Assembly (NCBI GenBank): GCA_963762255.1
Contig: CAVXKA010000002.1
Span: forward strand, 128,001 to 192,000
DNA length: 64,000 nt
DNA from: Candidatus Eiseniibacteriota bacterium
GTDB taxonomy: Bacteria; Eisenbacteria; RBG-16-71-46; JABDJR01
Reading direction: 5' to 3'
Shown here: one piece after another, positions 49,049-59,247 of the stretch
Numbering within the stretch: the stretch's first letter is position 1
Layout: each line of letters begins with the position of its first letter
Notes under the pieces: generated by a model
What the model saw: the letters and a program-made list of their open reading frames with translations, nothing else
Databases searched by the model: none
Told to the model about the DNA's origin: nothing
Program-made: the position numbers and the translations under genes

Positions 49049-50370
49049 GCACCCTGCGCAAGCCGGTCCCTCGCTCGATCCTGGATCCCGATCTGGTGCG
49101 GCTCCTCGATGATGAGGCGGAGCGCCACCCCGAGTGGCCCGACGTCCAGAATCGTCTGGGGCTTTCGCTGTTCGCCCGGGGCCGCCTCACCGAGGCGGAG
49201 AGTCGATTCGAGCGCTGTCTCGAGATGAACCCGCGCTACGCGTGGGCGACCCTGAACCTGGCGCAGTGCCTCGCCGTTTCCGGCAAGAGCGAGCGCGCCC
49301 GGGCGGTCGCCGCCGGCGCACCGGATCCATCTCCCGGCGGCGCCGCTTTCGTGCGCGCCTTCGTGGAGCTGGCGGCCGGATGCTTCGAGGCTGCCGAAGC
49401 GCATCTGACCGACCTACCCACCCCGCTTTCGCGTCGCGCCGACTTCGTTCGCCTGCGTGCCGCGCTCGTCCGGCCCCGTGACGCCGCCGCGGCCGACGCG
49501 CTGCTCGCCGAGGCCCGTCTCGACCCCGAGGTGGCCTCATTCGATATCGCCCCCTGGGATGAGCCCGGCACCGGTCCCTCGGCGCTCCTCACCCTCGTGC
49601 CCGGGATGCATCAACTCTGGTTCGAAGTGAGCATGCTCGAAGCCCGCATGGGGCACCCGGCGCAGGCCGAGCTGTCCGCGGTGCGAGGGTACCTTCACTG
49701 GTCGGATCTCGGGCTGCTGCTCAACCAGCAGGGGCTCCTGGCTTCCCTGGCCGAGGACGAGGCGGCGTCGGTGGCGGCCTTCGAGCGCGCCACCGAGGTC
49801 TCGCCGCGCGATCCGCGGCCGCATGTCTCGCTCATGTACTACTGGAGCGCGGCCGGCGAGTTGGAGCGCGCCTTCGTCTCCCTGCGGGCTGCGATCGAGC
49901 GGGCGCCGGGCTGGGCCGATCTCCACCATCAGATGGGGCTCCTGGCGCGCGCGCGCGACGACGCGGAGAATGCGCTCGCCTCGTTCCTTCGGGCCATCGA
50001 GATCAATCCGAAGTACCGGTTGGCTCGTCTCGATGTGGCCGCTTCGCTCTCCGCGCTTGGCCGATGGGAGGAAGCCCGCACGGCGTACCTGGACGTTCTC
50101 GCCACCGGGCTCGTGTCCTCCGACATCTATCTCCACCTGGGGGAGGCGGAGGCAGGAGCCGGCGACATCCAGGCAGCCGAACGCTGCTTTCAGGACGCGC
50201 TGAAGCTCAACCCGGGGGAGGCGCTCGCGTACTACCGCCTCGGCAACTTGTACCGGGATCACGGGGACCGAGTGGGCGCACAGCGCGCCTGGAAACGGTT
50301 TCTCAAGCTCACCGGCGATCCCGAACAAGCGGCGGTGGTCCAAGCTCTACTTCAGGAAGACGAACACTAG
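49045..50370 (+). CDS. TPR-repeat protein
   Basis: Repeated P.W.D....LG and A..INP.Y TPR motifs; ATGA overlap with the upstream gene. Confidence 0.85.
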   Translation: MSTLRKPVPRSILDPDLVRLLDDEAERHPEWPDVQNRLGLSLFARGRLTEAESRFERCLEMNPRYAWATLNLAQCLAVSGKSERARAVAAGAPDPSPGGAAFVRAFVELAAGCFEAAEAHLTDLPTPLSRRADFVRLRAALVRPRDAAAADALLAEARLDPEVASFDIAPWDEPGTGPSALLTLVPGMHQLWFEVSMLEARMGHPAQAELSAVRGYLHWSDLGLLLNQQGLLASLAEDEAASVAAFERATEVSPRDPRPHVSLMYYWSAAGELERAFVSLRAAIERAPGWADLHHQMGLLARARDDAENALASFLRAIEINPKYRLARLDVAASLSALGRWEEARTAYLDVLATGLVSSDIYLHLGEAEAGAGDIQAAERCFQDALKLNPGEALAYYRLGNLYRDHGDRVGAQRAWKRFLKLTGDPEQAAVVQALLQEDEH

Positions 50371-50391
50371 GAGAGGACAGGGGGGACGCGC

Positions 50392-51558
50392 ATGCGCAAG
50401 ACTTCAACGACCGTCGAGCCGACGCCACGGCGCCGGCGGGGAGGGTTCTTCTGGGGGCTCGCCCTCGGACTCGTGGGTGCCCTCATGGTGATCGTGGCTG
50501 CCGACCTTGGCCTCAAGCCCGTGCCCTTGCGGGGAGCGGGGGAGGCCTCTGCGGGTCCCAACGGTCCTGCCTCCGTGACGCGGGAGGTCTTCCTCACCGC
50601 GGCCCTCTCTCCGGGGATGCACGTGACCGTGGACGGCAAGGCGGTCGAGATCCTCGCCCGCCCCGACGGCGCCGTGATTGAAGTGCCCCCCGGCGCTCGC
50701 AAGGTGGAGGTGCGGGGGAGCGGTGGGCCGCTCTGGTCTGCCCGACTGGACCTCGGTGGAGGCGCCCCCGACACCCTCTGCCCCGTCTTCGGGGGCGAGA
50801 TTGTCATCGAGGCCGACCGACTGGCGCCACGCGGCGTCATCTTCCTGGACGACACGCTCGCGGGAGCAGCGCCTGCCACGCTGACCGAGATCACCCCCGG
50901 GTGGCACACGATCAGCGTGCGCGACGGCGAAAGCATCCTCTATGAGGACGCCTGCGTGGTGTCGGCGGGACGGGTCACCCTCGTTTCGATTCCCGCGAGC
51001 CCGGCTCACGGGAAGGGCGGACTGGCCATCCGATCGCGAATCCTCGGAGATGAAGGCATCGAAGAGGGAAGCGGCGACCGCGTGTGGGTGGATGGCGAGA
51101 CGGTGGGATCCACCCCTTGGAATCGCATGCTTCCATCCGGCTTCCACAGCGTTCGGGTCGAGAGGGCGGGGTTCCCCGCGTTCGTGGAGGTGCTCTACCT
51201 CGAAGCCGGTCGCTCGCTCTTCGTGGACGCTCAATTCGGCGGCGCGGAACCCATCGAGGTGATGGCGGATCCTCCTGCGGAGGCGAACGTCCGGACTCCG
51301 GTCGCGATCCCGGTGTCGGTCGGCGCTGCGGGGGAGAGTGTGACGCTCACCGAGGGGTCTCTGTTTCTGGTCCGCGCCGGGCAACCGACAACGGTCTCGG
51401 TTCCTCTGGTCGCATCGGGAACGGATGCCCGTCTTTGGGTCGCGGTGATTCCCGCGGAGCTGACGGCGCGCCGGGGGCCGCTCTCCGGATACGTCTCCTG
51501 CACGGACGAGCAGGGTCGCCGGGGCACCTCCGACATCTTCCAGATCAACGTGCGCTGA
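50392..51558 (+). CDS. Membrane-anchored PEGA-domain protein
   Basis: N-terminal TM; VWVDGETVGSTP...LPSGFHSVRVERAGF and a second similar repeat. Confidence 0.8.
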   Translation: MRKTSTTVEPTPRRRRGGFFWGLALGLVGALMVIVAADLGLKPVPLRGAGEASAGPNGPASVTREVFLTAALSPGMHVTVDGKAVEILARPDGAVIEVPPGARKVEVRGSGGPLWSARLDLGGGAPDTLCPVFGGEIVIEADRLAPRGVIFLDDTLAGAAPATLTEITPGWHTISVRDGESILYEDACVVSAGRVTLVSIPASPAHGKGGLAIRSRILGDEGIEEGSGDRVWVDGETVGSTPWNRMLPSGFHSVRVERAGFPAFVEVLYLEAGRSLFVDAQFGGAEPIEVMADPPAEANVRTPVAIPVSVGAAGESVTLTEGSLFLVRAGQPTTVSVPLVASGTDARLWVAVIPAELTARRGPLSGYVSCTDEQGRRGTSDIFQINVR

Positions 51559-51680
51559 TCCCTTCGTCCCGCGCGGGGATCCCGCCGGCGCAGCTTCCGT
51601 GTTTGAGACGCCCTACTTCGTAGTATGATTATGCCTTCCCCCATCATGAACGATCTTAGGTTCGCATCCCCAAGGCACCC

Positions 51681-53579
51681 GTGCGTATTCGACATCTCTC
51701 GTTCATCACGATCCTGTCCCTCACCACCCTCCCGTCACCGACGGCGGCGGTCCCCGCAGCCCGTGAGCGCATCGCTCCCGACCCCGAGTACATCCTGACC
51801 CTGGAACTCAGGGACGAGACCGAAACCCCGATCGACGCGCGCGTTTCCGTACTCGATCCGATTTCAGGGCACTGCTTCGCGCCCGCGGATCCGACAGAAG
51901 CCGTTTACGAGAGTTGGAGCGGGCATCGGTTCTTCTATGCCCGGGATCGCGTGGAGGTGATCGTGCCGCTCGGCCCTGTCCGAGTCCTGGTGGCGAAGGG
52001 GCCCGAGTACAGCTATCGCGACGAGGTCATCGAGGTCGTTCGCAACCGGACCCACACCGTGCGACTACGACGATTGATCGACCCGAACGAGTTCGGGTGG
52101 TTCAGCGGGGACACCCACGTGCACCAGGCGCACGGAGGGGCGGGAGCGATCTACACCATCGATGATCAGGAGATGGCGAGGGTTTCGCGAGCGGAGGATC
52201 TCAACGTCACCTGCGTCCTCACCAACGGTCCCAACTTCAACGGTGGGATCGACCCCGCCGGCGATGCTCGCCACCTCATCCACTACGGCATGGAGTATCG
52301 CAGCGCCCTCTACGGGCATATGGGATTGCTCGGTATGAAGCAACTCATCTCTACAGGCTGCTGCATGCCCGGCTATCCGGCGTTCCCGCTCAACAGCACG
52401 ATCTGTGATGCCGCCCACGCGCAGGGCGCTACCGTGGTCTCCTCGCACCCTGTCACCATGGACCCCGCCCTGTTCATGACCGCGATCCTCGACTGGCCGT
52501 ACAGCGGGTTCGCGCGCGAGCTGCCGGTCGACGCGCTGTTGGGGGGCATTGACGCCATCGATGTATTCTCCTATTCCAACTACAGCGACGCACCCGTACG
52601 CCAACTCTGGTTCGACCTGCTCAACCTGGGTCTGCGGCTTCCACTCAGCGTCGGGACCGACACTGCGGTGAATCGGCTCTTCAGTCCGCCGGTCGGCGGG
52701 TACCGCGTCTACGTTCGCCTGAACGATTCGCTCTCGTTGGACTCCTGGCTGGAGGGACTGCGCGCGGGGCGAAGTTTCGCAACCAACGGGCCTCTCCTGA
52801 TGGACTTCTCTCTGAATGGCAAGAGATCGGGAGAAACCCTCCGGCTTGCGGCAGACGGAGGACAGACGGTGAAGGGCAAGTTGGTTCTGTTCACCAGGGA
52901 GCCGATGCAGAAGCTCGAGATCTACGTGAACGGTCCCCTGATGAGGACCTACACCCTCCCGAGCACCTCGGGCTGGATGGTCTACAACTTTACGTTCAAT
53001 CTCGACAGCGCGCCCGGGTGGGTGGTCGGTCGGGTGACCGGATCCACAGCGGCCCCCCCTACGCACGGGTGGCAGGAACAGGCCGTCACGAGCCCGATCT
53101 ACTTGGAGGTGCCCGACCGTCGGTTCGAACCGAAACTCCAGGCGTTGGAGCGCATCGACGGCTGGATCCGCGATCTGCAGACCCTCGTGCTGCAACGCGG
53201 GTCGTGGGCCGATCCCGGCCAGATGATCGGCGTGTGGAACGATCTGGAGGGCGCGCGCCACCGCCTCTATGGCCGGCCCGACACCGATGTGGAACCTCCG
53301 GTCGTGGAGCGTCCGCTCGATCCGGAGGCGATCGTCGTCACGCGCGCGGATCGTGGAACCTCCCACCTGTTCCGGGCGGCGGGAACCGGCGAGGCCGTGC
53401 TCGAGATCTTCGATGTGGCGGGGCGGCTGGTGCGCGTCTCCGAAGCACAGGCTCTCCCCACGGTCTTCACCTGGGACTCCACCAGCCCAACCGGTCCCGC
53501 CCCCTCCGGTCTCTACTTCGCGCGCGTGCGCGGAGCGTCGGCCACTTCCCCGGTGCAGCGCGTTCTCGTCCTCCGCTAG
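51681..53579 (+). CDS. Secreted PHP-like (CehA/McbA family) metallohydrolase with C-terminal sorting-like domain
   Basis: WFSGDTHVH, YGHMG, SHP, VGTD, GRSFATNGP; C-terminal IFDVAGRLV...WD...PSGLYF. Confidence 0.8.
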   Translation: MRIRHLSFITILSLTTLPSPTAAVPAARERIAPDPEYILTLELRDETETPIDARVSVLDPISGHCFAPADPTEAVYESWSGHRFFYARDRVEVIVPLGPVRVLVAKGPEYSYRDEVIEVVRNRTHTVRLRRLIDPNEFGWFSGDTHVHQAHGGAGAIYTIDDQEMARVSRAEDLNVTCVLTNGPNFNGGIDPAGDARHLIHYGMEYRSALYGHMGLLGMKQLISTGCCMPGYPAFPLNSTICDAAHAQGATVVSSHPVTMDPALFMTAILDWPYSGFARELPVDALLGGIDAIDVFSYSNYSDAPVRQLWFDLLNLGLRLPLSVGTDTAVNRLFSPPVGGYRVYVRLNDSLSLDSWLEGLRAGRSFATNGPLLMDFSLNGKRSGETLRLAADGGQTVKGKLVLFTREPMQKLEIYVNGPLMRTYTLPSTSGWMVYNFTFNLDSAPGWVVGRVTGSTAAPPTHGWQEQAVTSPIYLEVPDRRFEPKLQALERIDGWIRDLQTLVLQRGSWADPGQMIGVWNDLEGARHRLYGRPDTDVEPPVVERPLDPEAIVVTRADRGTSHLFRAAGTGEAVLEIFDVAGRLVRVSEAQALPTVFTWDSTSPTGPAPSGLYFARVRGASATSPVQRVLVLR

Positions 53580-53651
53580 ACTTTCTGTTCCCCGCCGATT
53601 TCGGCGCGATCCCCCCGCGCAATCCGACCTTGCTCCCGTCCGGGAGAGACC

Positions 53652-55952
53652 ATGCAACCCTGGCGCATGCCCGCGGGCCTCGGCACCTTCTGCGCGCTCA
53701 CCTTGGGGATCGCGCTCGCCCCTCAGGTTGCCTTCCCGATCGCTCTGAGCGGAGGAGGACTGGGCCTCGCCGCCACGGGTGTCGCGGGGCGGACGCGCCG
53801 TCGGGCCGTGAAAGCGACCGCGTCACTCGCGGCGGTCGTGCTCCTCGGGGGCGCTGCGGGCGCGCTGCGGGGAGTCGTCCCCAAATCCACCCCCCTCGCA
53901 TGGACGCCAGACGTCGAGGTTGCGGGGCGGGTGATCGCGTGGGATGTGACGGACCGAGGGGTCTCGGTGCGGCTCGAAGCGCATCGCATCGGGGCCGCGC
54001 GTCTCAACCCGCCCGCTCTGGTGCGATTCTACGGCGAATCGGAATGGGGATCCCTTCCGCGCTCGGAATGGCTTCGCCTGCGAGGCGATCTCGTCCCCGA
54101 CCGCTCCGGCACCAACCCGGGCGCCTGGGCGTGGGGGAGCGGTGGAGCACGACTCCTACCGGCGCGAGGGACCCAGCCGGTCTGGGGCCCGGCCGGCACC
54201 GGGCTTGTCGGGCTTCGCGAAAGTCTCGCTCAACGCGCGAGCCGGCTCCTTCCAGGATTCCCCGGCCGCTACGCGACCGGGGTCCTGCTCGGACGCGGCA
54301 GCGCGCTCACCCCCGATGAGCGATCCGTGTTCCGCCGCACGGGGGCGAGCCATCTCATCTCGGTGAGCGGGCTTCATGTCGGGCTCGTGGTCTCCCTCGT
54401 GATGCTTGCCCTCGGCGGCCTTTCCCGCGGCATGCGCGCGACCGGGGCGCTCGCGGCGGCCTGGGGGTACGCGGGCCTGGCCGGGTGGGCAGCGCCCGCC
54501 GTGCGCTCGGTCGCCATGATCAGCTTCTGGTGCGCGGGTGGGCTTCTGCGTCGGCCGCGCGCGGGCATCGCCTGGTTTGCTCTGGCGCTTCCGTGGATCC
54601 TCTGGTCGGCACCCGAGTACCTTCACTCGGCCAGCTTCCGCCTCTCCGCCGGTGCTGTGGCAGGACTCATCTTCGCTATGGAGATCGCTCCGCGGTGCGC
54701 GGGGAGAGGCGGGACTCTGCTCACCAGCGTGGTGGTGAGTCTCGGTGCGCAGTGGGGGACGCTGCCGACCTCGCTCCAGGTCTTCGGCACGCTCTCACCC
54801 CTCGCGACTCTGCCGAACCTGCTGGCCATCCCGCTCACCGCACTCTTTCTTCCCGCCGCCTTTCTCGCGCTGGCCGTCGAGCCGGTTCCCGCTCTGGGCC
54901 AGGTCTTTCGACACGCGGCGCTTGCGCTGGGGATCGCCGTCGAGCGCACGCTGACCTGGAGCGCGGGCCGGATGCCGTACGAAGCAGGACTGGCCGTTCC
55001 CCCGATCTGGGCGCTCGCCGGATTTCCGCTCCTCCTCCTGGTCTGGTTTACCGCGCCTGCGGCGAAACGCCGGTCGCCGCACTGGCGTGCCGCGGCTTGC
55101 GCCCTGGCCGTGGTGTGCGTCGTCCTGGCGCTTTGGCCTCTCGGACCTGCGCGTGGCCCCTGGGCGGCGTTCCTGGATGTGGGGCAGGGGGACGCGGCCG
55201 TGCTGCGGCTTTCCGACGGAACGGTGTGGCTCGTTGACGTGGGGGACGATCGCGGTCCCGGTGACGCGGCCGCCAACGCGATCCTCCCGTTCCTCCGCCA
55301 TGCCCGGGTGCGATCGGTGGATGGGCTCATCCTCACCCATCGCCATCGCGACCACACGGGAGCGCTCGGCCCGTTCCTCGACGGAGTGCCCGTGCGCGAG
55401 GTGTACGACGCCGGTTACGGATCCGGCCCGACTGCCGCCGCGGTCGACAGCATCCTGGGCGCGCACCGCCGATGGGCCTGCCTCGTCGCGGCGGGGGACA
55501 CCCTTCACGCCGCGCCGGGCGTACTCGTCACGGCCCTCCACCCTCGGCGGGGTGATCCGACGATGGACCCTCCCGGCGGCAATCTCAACGAAGCCTCGCT
55601 CGTGATCCGCGTGGAGGACGGCGACTGGAGCGCGCTCCTGGCGGGCGATGCGGAGGGCCTCGCCGAGGCGTCCTGCCTCGAATACTCGGCCTCGCTGCGC
55701 GCGCGCTTGCTCAAGGTCGGGCACCACGGCAGCCGGACCTCCACCTCGCCCGAATTCCTGCGCGCGGTGAGCCCCGAGTGGGCCGTGATCTCGGTCGGGA
55801 CCGGAAACCATTTCGGCCATCCCGACCCGGCTACGGTGGCGCGCATCGAGCAGGCGGGCGCATCCGTGTTCCGCACCGACCGCGACGGGGCGGTCTTCTT
55901 CCGGCGCCGCCGCGGCGCCTCATGGGAGATTGCGGTGCATCCTCCCGACTGA
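53652..55952 (+). CDS. comEC: DNA internalisation competence protein ComEC/Rec2
   Basis: GASHLISVSGLHVG, FLDVGQGDA, LTHRHRDH, LKVGHHGS, NHFGHP. Confidence 0.93.
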   Translation: MQPWRMPAGLGTFCALTLGIALAPQVAFPIALSGGGLGLAATGVAGRTRRRAVKATASLAAVVLLGGAAGALRGVVPKSTPLAWTPDVEVAGRVIAWDVTDRGVSVRLEAHRIGAARLNPPALVRFYGESEWGSLPRSEWLRLRGDLVPDRSGTNPGAWAWGSGGARLLPARGTQPVWGPAGTGLVGLRESLAQRASRLLPGFPGRYATGVLLGRGSALTPDERSVFRRTGASHLISVSGLHVGLVVSLVMLALGGLSRGMRATGALAAAWGYAGLAGWAAPAVRSVAMISFWCAGGLLRRPRAGIAWFALALPWILWSAPEYLHSASFRLSAGAVAGLIFAMEIAPRCAGRGGTLLTSVVVSLGAQWGTLPTSLQVFGTLSPLATLPNLLAIPLTALFLPAAFLALAVEPVPALGQVFRHAALALGIAVERTLTWSAGRMPYEAGLAVPPIWALAGFPLLLLVWFTAPAAKRRSPHWRAAACALAVVCVVLALWPLGPARGPWAAFLDVGQGDAAVLRLSDGTVWLVDVGDDRGPGDAAANAILPFLRHARVRSVDGLILTHRHRDHTGALGPFLDGVPVREVYDAGYGSGPTAAAVDSILGAHRRWACLVAAGDTLHAAPGVLVTALHPRRGDPTMDPPGGNLNEASLVIRVEDGDWSALLAGDAEGLAEASCLEYSASLRARLLKVGHHGSRTSTSPEFLRAVSPEWAVISVGTGNHFGHPDPATVARIEQAGASVFRTDRDGAVFFRRRRGASWEIAVHPPD

Positions 55953-55976
55953 TCGAACCGACACGCGCGCTGCTCC

Positions 55977-56006
55977 TTGTCGCGTGGAAAGACGCTCTGC
56001 TAGAGT
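55977..56006 (+). promoter_or_regulatory. Putative sigma70 promoter of the pur operon
   Basis: TTGTCG-N18-TAGAGT with TG extended -10, 26 nt before the purN start. Confidence 0.45.
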
Positions 56007-56032
56007 GCCCGCTTACCAGGGGGACGAGCAAC

Positions 56033-56647
56033 TTGACCACTCTCGGCATCCTGGCCTCGGGGCGGGGCTCCAACTGCGAAGCGATCCTCCACGCGGTGGA
56101 GGAGGGCCGCCTCGATGCGCGCGTCGGCCTCGTGCTCTCCGATCGCCCCGACGCCCCCGTGCTGGCTGCCAGCGCTCGCCGCGGCGTCTCGGCCCGCCAC
56201 ATCGATCCGGGCCGCCCCGGAGCGAGGCTCACCTCGGGCGCGGAGATCGCGTACGCGACGGCGCTGCAAGAGGCCGGCGTGGAGTGGGTCGCGCTGGCCG
56301 GATTCATGCGGATCCTTGGGGATGTCCTTCTAGGCGCTTTCGAGGAGCACGTCGTGAACGTTCACCCGTCGCTCCTCCCCGCGTTCCCTGGCCTGCACGC
56401 GCAGCGGCAGGCGCTCGAACACGGAGTGAAGGTGGCGGGCTGCACCGTGCACTTCGTGGACCGCGGCGTCGACACAGGGCCCATCATCCTGCAAGCGGCC
56501 GTGCCGGTTCGTGATGACGACACAGCGGAAACCCTCGCCGCGCGGATCCTTGTTGAAGAGCACCGAATCTACCCTGAAGCGCTGGGGCTCTTGATCGCGG
56601 GCACATTGCGCCGCGAAGGCCGCCGCGTCCTGCGCGTCACGACTTGA
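56033..56647 (+). CDS. purN: Phosphoribosylglycinamide formyltransferase
   Basis: LASGRGSN, LAGFMRIL, NVHPSLLP, GCTVHFVD..VDTGPII. Confidence 0.96.
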   Translation: MTTLGILASGRGSNCEAILHAVEEGRLDARVGLVLSDRPDAPVLAASARRGVSARHIDPGRPGARLTSGAEIAYATALQEAGVEWVALAGFMRILGDVLLGAFEEHVVNVHPSLLPAFPGLHAQRQALEHGVKVAGCTVHFVDRGVDTGPIILQAAVPVRDDDTAETLAARILVEEHRIYPEALGLLIAGTLRREGRRVLRVTT

Positions 56648-56657
56648 GAGGAGGAGC

Positions 56658-57593
56658 ATGAGCGCTTCCGATCGCGCGACCACCGCACTGACCACGCTTG
56701 CGCTGGACGGAGTCCGCCCCCTTCACCGCGGCAAGGTGCGCGAGATGTTCGACCTGGGGGACCGGTTCCTGATGGTGGCCACCGACCGCATCTCGGCCTT
56801 CGACTGCATCCTTCCCACCGGCATCCCCGGGAAGGGGCGTGTCCTCACCGCGCTCTCGGTGTACTGGTTCGAGGCGCTCGAGGGCGTGGTGCCGCACCAT
56901 CTGATCTCGCGACACGTCGAAGACTTCCCGGAGCCGTTTCGTTCGCACCGTGACACCCTTGAAGGGCGCGCGCTGCTGGTGCGCAAGGCGAAGCGCTTCG
57001 ACGTCGAGTGCGTCGTGCGCGGCTACCTCTCCGGCTCCGGCTGGAAGGAATACCGGCGGGACGGCGCGGTCTGCGGGATCCCGCTGCCGTCTGGACTGCG
57101 CGAGTCGGAACAGCTCCCCGAGCCGATCTTCACGCCCGCCACCAAGGAAGACGACGGACACGATCAGAACATCTCCTTCGAGACCATGGCCGGCATCGTC
57201 GGGCAAGGACCCGCCGAGAGGCTGCGCGCTCTCTCGCTCTCCATCTACACGAACCTCGCCGCCACCTGCGCGTCGCGGGGGATCCTCGTCGCGGACACCA
57301 AGTTCGAGTTCGGCACGGTGGGGGACACGATCACGCTCATCGACGAAGTCCTCACGCCCGACTCCTCGCGCTTCTGGGCCGCCGATCGCTATGCCCCGGG
57401 ATGCGGCCAGGCGTCCTACGACAAACAGCCCGTGCGGGATTATCTGGAGGCGCTCGACTGGGACAAGACGCCCCCCGCGCCCCCCTTGCCGCCGGAGGTC
57501 ATCGAGGCCACGGCGCGTCGCTACGCTCAGGCGCTCGACCGGTTGGTCGACCGCGAGCATCCGCTTCACTTCGACAAGGAGACCTGGAAGTGA
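56658..57593 (+). CDS. purC: SAICAR synthetase
   Basis: GKVRE, TDRISAFD, ECVVRGY, ADTKFEFG, DEVLTPDSSRFW. Confidence 0.97.
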   Translation: MSASDRATTALTTLALDGVRPLHRGKVREMFDLGDRFLMVATDRISAFDCILPTGIPGKGRVLTALSVYWFEALEGVVPHHLISRHVEDFPEPFRSHRDTLEGRALLVRKAKRFDVECVVRGYLSGSGWKEYRRDGAVCGIPLPSGLRESEQLPEPIFTPATKEDDGHDQNISFETMAGIVGQGPAERLRALSLSIYTNLAATCASRGILVADTKFEFGTVGDTITLIDEVLTPDSSRFWAADRYAPGCGQASYDKQPVRDYLEALDWDKTPPAPPLPPEVIEATARRYAQALDRLVDREHPLHFDKETWK

Positions 57594-59203
57594 CCACGAG
57601 CGCCGAGCCCACCACCGCAGGACGCGAGGATGCCGCTGCTATCACCGTCCGCCGTGCGCTGATCAGCGTCTACGACAAGACCGGTCTCGTCGAACTGGGG
57701 ACCGCGTTGGCCGCGGCCGGGGTGGAGGTGATCTCCACCGGCGGCACCGCGGCGCGGCTGCGCGAGTCGGGAGTGCAGGTGACGGAAGTGAGCGACGTCA
57801 CCGGGTTTCCCGAATGCCTGGACGGGCGCGTGAAGACGCTGCACCCCCTTGTCCACGCGGGCGTGCTGGCAGACCGCAGCAAGCCGGAGCATCTCGACCA
57901 GGCCGCGCGACTCAACGTGAGCCTCATCGACATGGTGGTAGTGAATCTCTATCCCTTCGAGGAGGCAGCGGCCCGCGATGGGATCCCGCGCGCCGAGCTG
58001 ATCGAAGAGATCGACATCGGCGGGCCGACGCTGCTCCGCGCGGCGGCGAAGAACGGCGACCACGTCCTCGCGGTCTGCGATCCCGACGATTACGCGCCGG
58101 TCGTCGAAGCGCTCGCCCGAGGCGCCGTGCCGCGCACGCTCGCGCGACGCCTGGCGGCCAAAGTCTTCACCCACACCGCCGCCTATGACGCCGCCATCTC
58201 GGCGCGGCTCGACGAGCAGGTCCGGCAGGAAACCGGCACGCCCCGGGCGCAGGGGCTCCCGTCCCGGATGCCCCTGGGACTGGTACGGAAGGTGTCGCTG
58301 CGCTACGGGGAGAACCCGCATCAAGAGGGGGCTCTGTACAGGCCGGCGGGGCTGCCAGAGCGGGGCCTGGCGGCCTTGAATCAACTTCAAGGCAAGGAGC
58401 TATCGTACAATAATTACTTGGACTTAGATGCTGCGTACCGACTGGCCAATGCCCTCCCCGAAGCGGCGGTGGTGATCGTCAAGCACCTGAACCCCTGTGG
58501 CGTGGGATTCTCCGAGGATGCCGAGGCCGCATACCGCCGGGCCCTGGCCTCCGATCCGCTGAGCGCCTTCGGGGGCATCGTCGCGCTCAACCGCCCGCTC
58601 ACGGCCGCCGCGGCGGCGGCGATGAGCGAGATCTTTCTGGAGGTGATCGTCGCTCCACGCGTGGAGCCGGACGCGCTCGCGGCGCTGGCCGCCAAGAAAA
58701 ACCTCCGGGTCATCGAAGCGCCCGCCGGGGAGCCGCCCTTCGGCGTCGACATCCGCTCGGTGTGCGGAGGCTGGCTCGTCCAGACGCCTGACGGCGAGGC
58801 GGGCGACACCGATCGCCGCGTGGTCACGAGCCGAGCGCCCACGGAGGCGGAGGCGCGCGCGCTGGAGCGGACGTGGCTGGTGGCGCGCTACGCCAAATCC
58901 AATGCGATCGTGATCGGCGCCGAGGACGGTCTGGCCGGTCTGGGTTGTGGCCAGACCAGCCGCGTGGACGCGGTGAAGCAAGCGGCGGATCGCGCGCGCC
59001 GCGCCGAGATCCCCGCCGGCGTGCGCGTGCTCGCCTCCGACGCGTTCTTCCCGTTCCGCGACGGTGTGGATGCCGCCGTGGAAGCGGGAGTGACGGCGAT
59101 CATCCAACCCGGCGGTTCGGTGCGGGACGAGGAAGTGATCCAGGCCGCGGAGGAACACGGCATGGCCATGGTCTTCACCGGAAGGCGCTGTTTCCGCCAC
59201 TGA
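57590..59203 (+). CDS. purH: Bifunctional AICAR formyltransferase / IMP cyclohydrolase
   Basis: [57 protein letters not shown]. Confidence 0.97.
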   Translation: MTTSAEPTTAGREDAAAITVRRALISVYDKTGLVELGTALAAAGVEVISTGGTAARLRESGVQVTEVSDVTGFPECLDGRVKTLHPLVHAGVLADRSKPEHLDQAARLNVSLIDMVVVNLYPFEEAAARDGIPRAELIEEIDIGGPTLLRAAAKNGDHVLAVCDPDDYAPVVEALARGAVPRTLARRLAAKVFTHTAAYDAAISARLDEQVRQETGTPRAQGLPSRMPLGLVRKVSLRYGENPHQEGALYRPAGLPERGLAALNQLQGKELSYNNYLDLDAAYRLANALPEAAVVIVKHLNPCGVGFSEDAEAAYRRALASDPLSAFGGIVALNRPLTAAAAAAMSEIFLEVIVAPRVEPDALAALAAKKNLRVIEAPAGEPPFGVDIRSVCGGWLVQTPDGEAGDTDRRVVTSRAPTEAEARALERTWLVARYAKSNAIVIGAEDGLAGLGCGQTSRVDAVKQAADRARRAEIPAGVRVLASDAFFPFRDGVDAAVEAGVTAIIQPGGSVRDEEVIQAAEEHGMAMVFTGRRCFRH

Positions 59204-59247
59204 CGCTCTCGCGCCGCCACGCGCTCTCGAACGAAAGGCCTTCCTCC

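Noticed and set aside
58400-58430. dif (XerCD) site within purH
   Set aside because: No TTATGTTAAA-like XerD arm; only AT richness and weak symmetry.
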